From assembly GCF_035084215.1 (NCBI RefSeq), contig NW_027139581.1, positions 2,294,001-2,358,000 on the forward strand: a DNA stretch of 64,000 nt, written 5' to 3'. Below the pieces are notes generated by a model, which made no database searches, had not been told where the DNA came from, and was given only the letters and a program-made list of their open reading frames with translations. This stretch comes from Heptranchias perlo (lineage: Eukaryota). Shown piece after piece: positions 62,976 to 64,000 of the stretch; the first letter of the stretch is position 1; every line of letters starts with the position of its first letter. Both the position numbers and the translations under genes were made by a program.

Positions 62976-63611
62976 TCCGCCCTATAAAGCCATCTAAATA
63001 AATGTTTTTGCCCATAATCTGGGCTGTAGCGATGCAGCGACTTCATGTGTCGATGTTGTAGATTCGAGGTTACAATACAACAGAGGCCACTTTTTTTCAA
63101 CGAGCTGCCTCGTAGGAAAGTCAAATCCAGAAAGATTTAAATGAGAATTCGACATAATTATCCTGAAATGTTAACATGTCAGTGTTGTCATTTTTGTGTC
63201 AGTAATATGATATTCTGCTTGTAATATTTTAATTCACATTGCCCATTTCACAAAAGGCTGGAAGTTCTTATAAAACCTTAAGATTATCATTCACTTGGGC
63301 AACAAAATACAAGAATTTATACATTTAAAACGTGTTTTCAGCCCTTCCTCTTTTTCTATCTATTCTTGGACATCTGTGAGTTCCCCTTTTATTCTGTTTC
63401 ATTCCAATCCATTCACTACAGTGCTTTATAAATATAAAATCAGCGAAATTCGATCATAATCGGAAGGAATTCCCGCTTCCTCAGCCCTTCAGGTAAAACA
63501 CAAGACAAGTTCATCAGTCACTAATGTCTCCCAGCTACTTGCAGAGCCAGAATCAGAACATGGAGAACTCCAGTAAATGGGTTTGTTCAGCTTAATATTA
63601 GTGTCAAACAT

Positions 63612-64000
63612 GGCGCACTCTCGCCTCTGTGTCAGAAGGTTGTGGGTTCAAGTCCCATTCAAGGGTCTTGAGCACAAAATCTAGACTGACAATCCAGTGC
63701 AGGACTGAGGGAGTGCTGCACTGTCGGAGGTGCCGTGTTTCTGATGAGAGTTTACCCATGGCCCCATCTGCAATCTGAGGTGGATGTAAAAGATCCCCCG
63801 GGACTATTGGAGGAAGAGATGGGAAGTTCTCCCTGGTGTCCTGGGCCCAATATTTATCCTTCCACTGCAACAGATTATCTGGTCATTTATCTCATTGCTG
63901 CTTGTGGGACCTTGCTGTGCGCAAATGACTGCCGCCTTTCCTACATTACAACAGTTCAAAGGTACTTCTTTGTCTGCAACGCGCTTTGGGCCATCCTGAG
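63612..64000 (+). mobile_element. tRNA-headed Deu-domain SINE (SacSINE1-like)
   Basis: B box GGGTTCAAGTCCC, then GAGGGAGTGCTGCACTGTCGGAGGTGCCGT...AAAGATCCC...CCCTGGTGTCCTGGG, which I recall as the Deu/AmnSINE1-type core. Confidence 0.78.

Overview
Eukaryotic, repeat-rich window. Its gene and repeat content points to a cartilaginous fish (shark-type) genome. The main feature is one complete, unrearranged immunoglobulin heavy-chain cluster on the minus strand (~25290-48280): promoter, leader, V-23RSS, 12-D1-22, 12-D2-12, 23-J, four constant exons, secretory tail with polyA, TM1, TM2 and a second polyA. All splice junctions are GT-AG with compatible phases and there are no stops. The four C exons, tail and TM look like shark IgM (Cmu1-4), but the leader and V look like the IgW V lineage. 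This apparent germline IgW-V/Cmu hybrid cluster is the top finding; it rests on recalled family motifs and needs a phylogeny. Also present: exon 1 of a probable shark GPR139-like GPCR (minus strand, 10798-10894), a >=7.3 kb 54-bp minisatellite, a 5.7 kb 35-bp minisatellite with a ~2.1 kb higher-order duplication, a Harbinger Myb/SANT pseudogene, a decayed tRNA-Leu/tRNA-Asp cluster, many CR1 and L2 LINE fragments, Deu-domain SINEs, MITEs, tandem repeats that arose inside LINE fragments, and two N gaps. Most ORF-track entries are repeat or TE artefacts.
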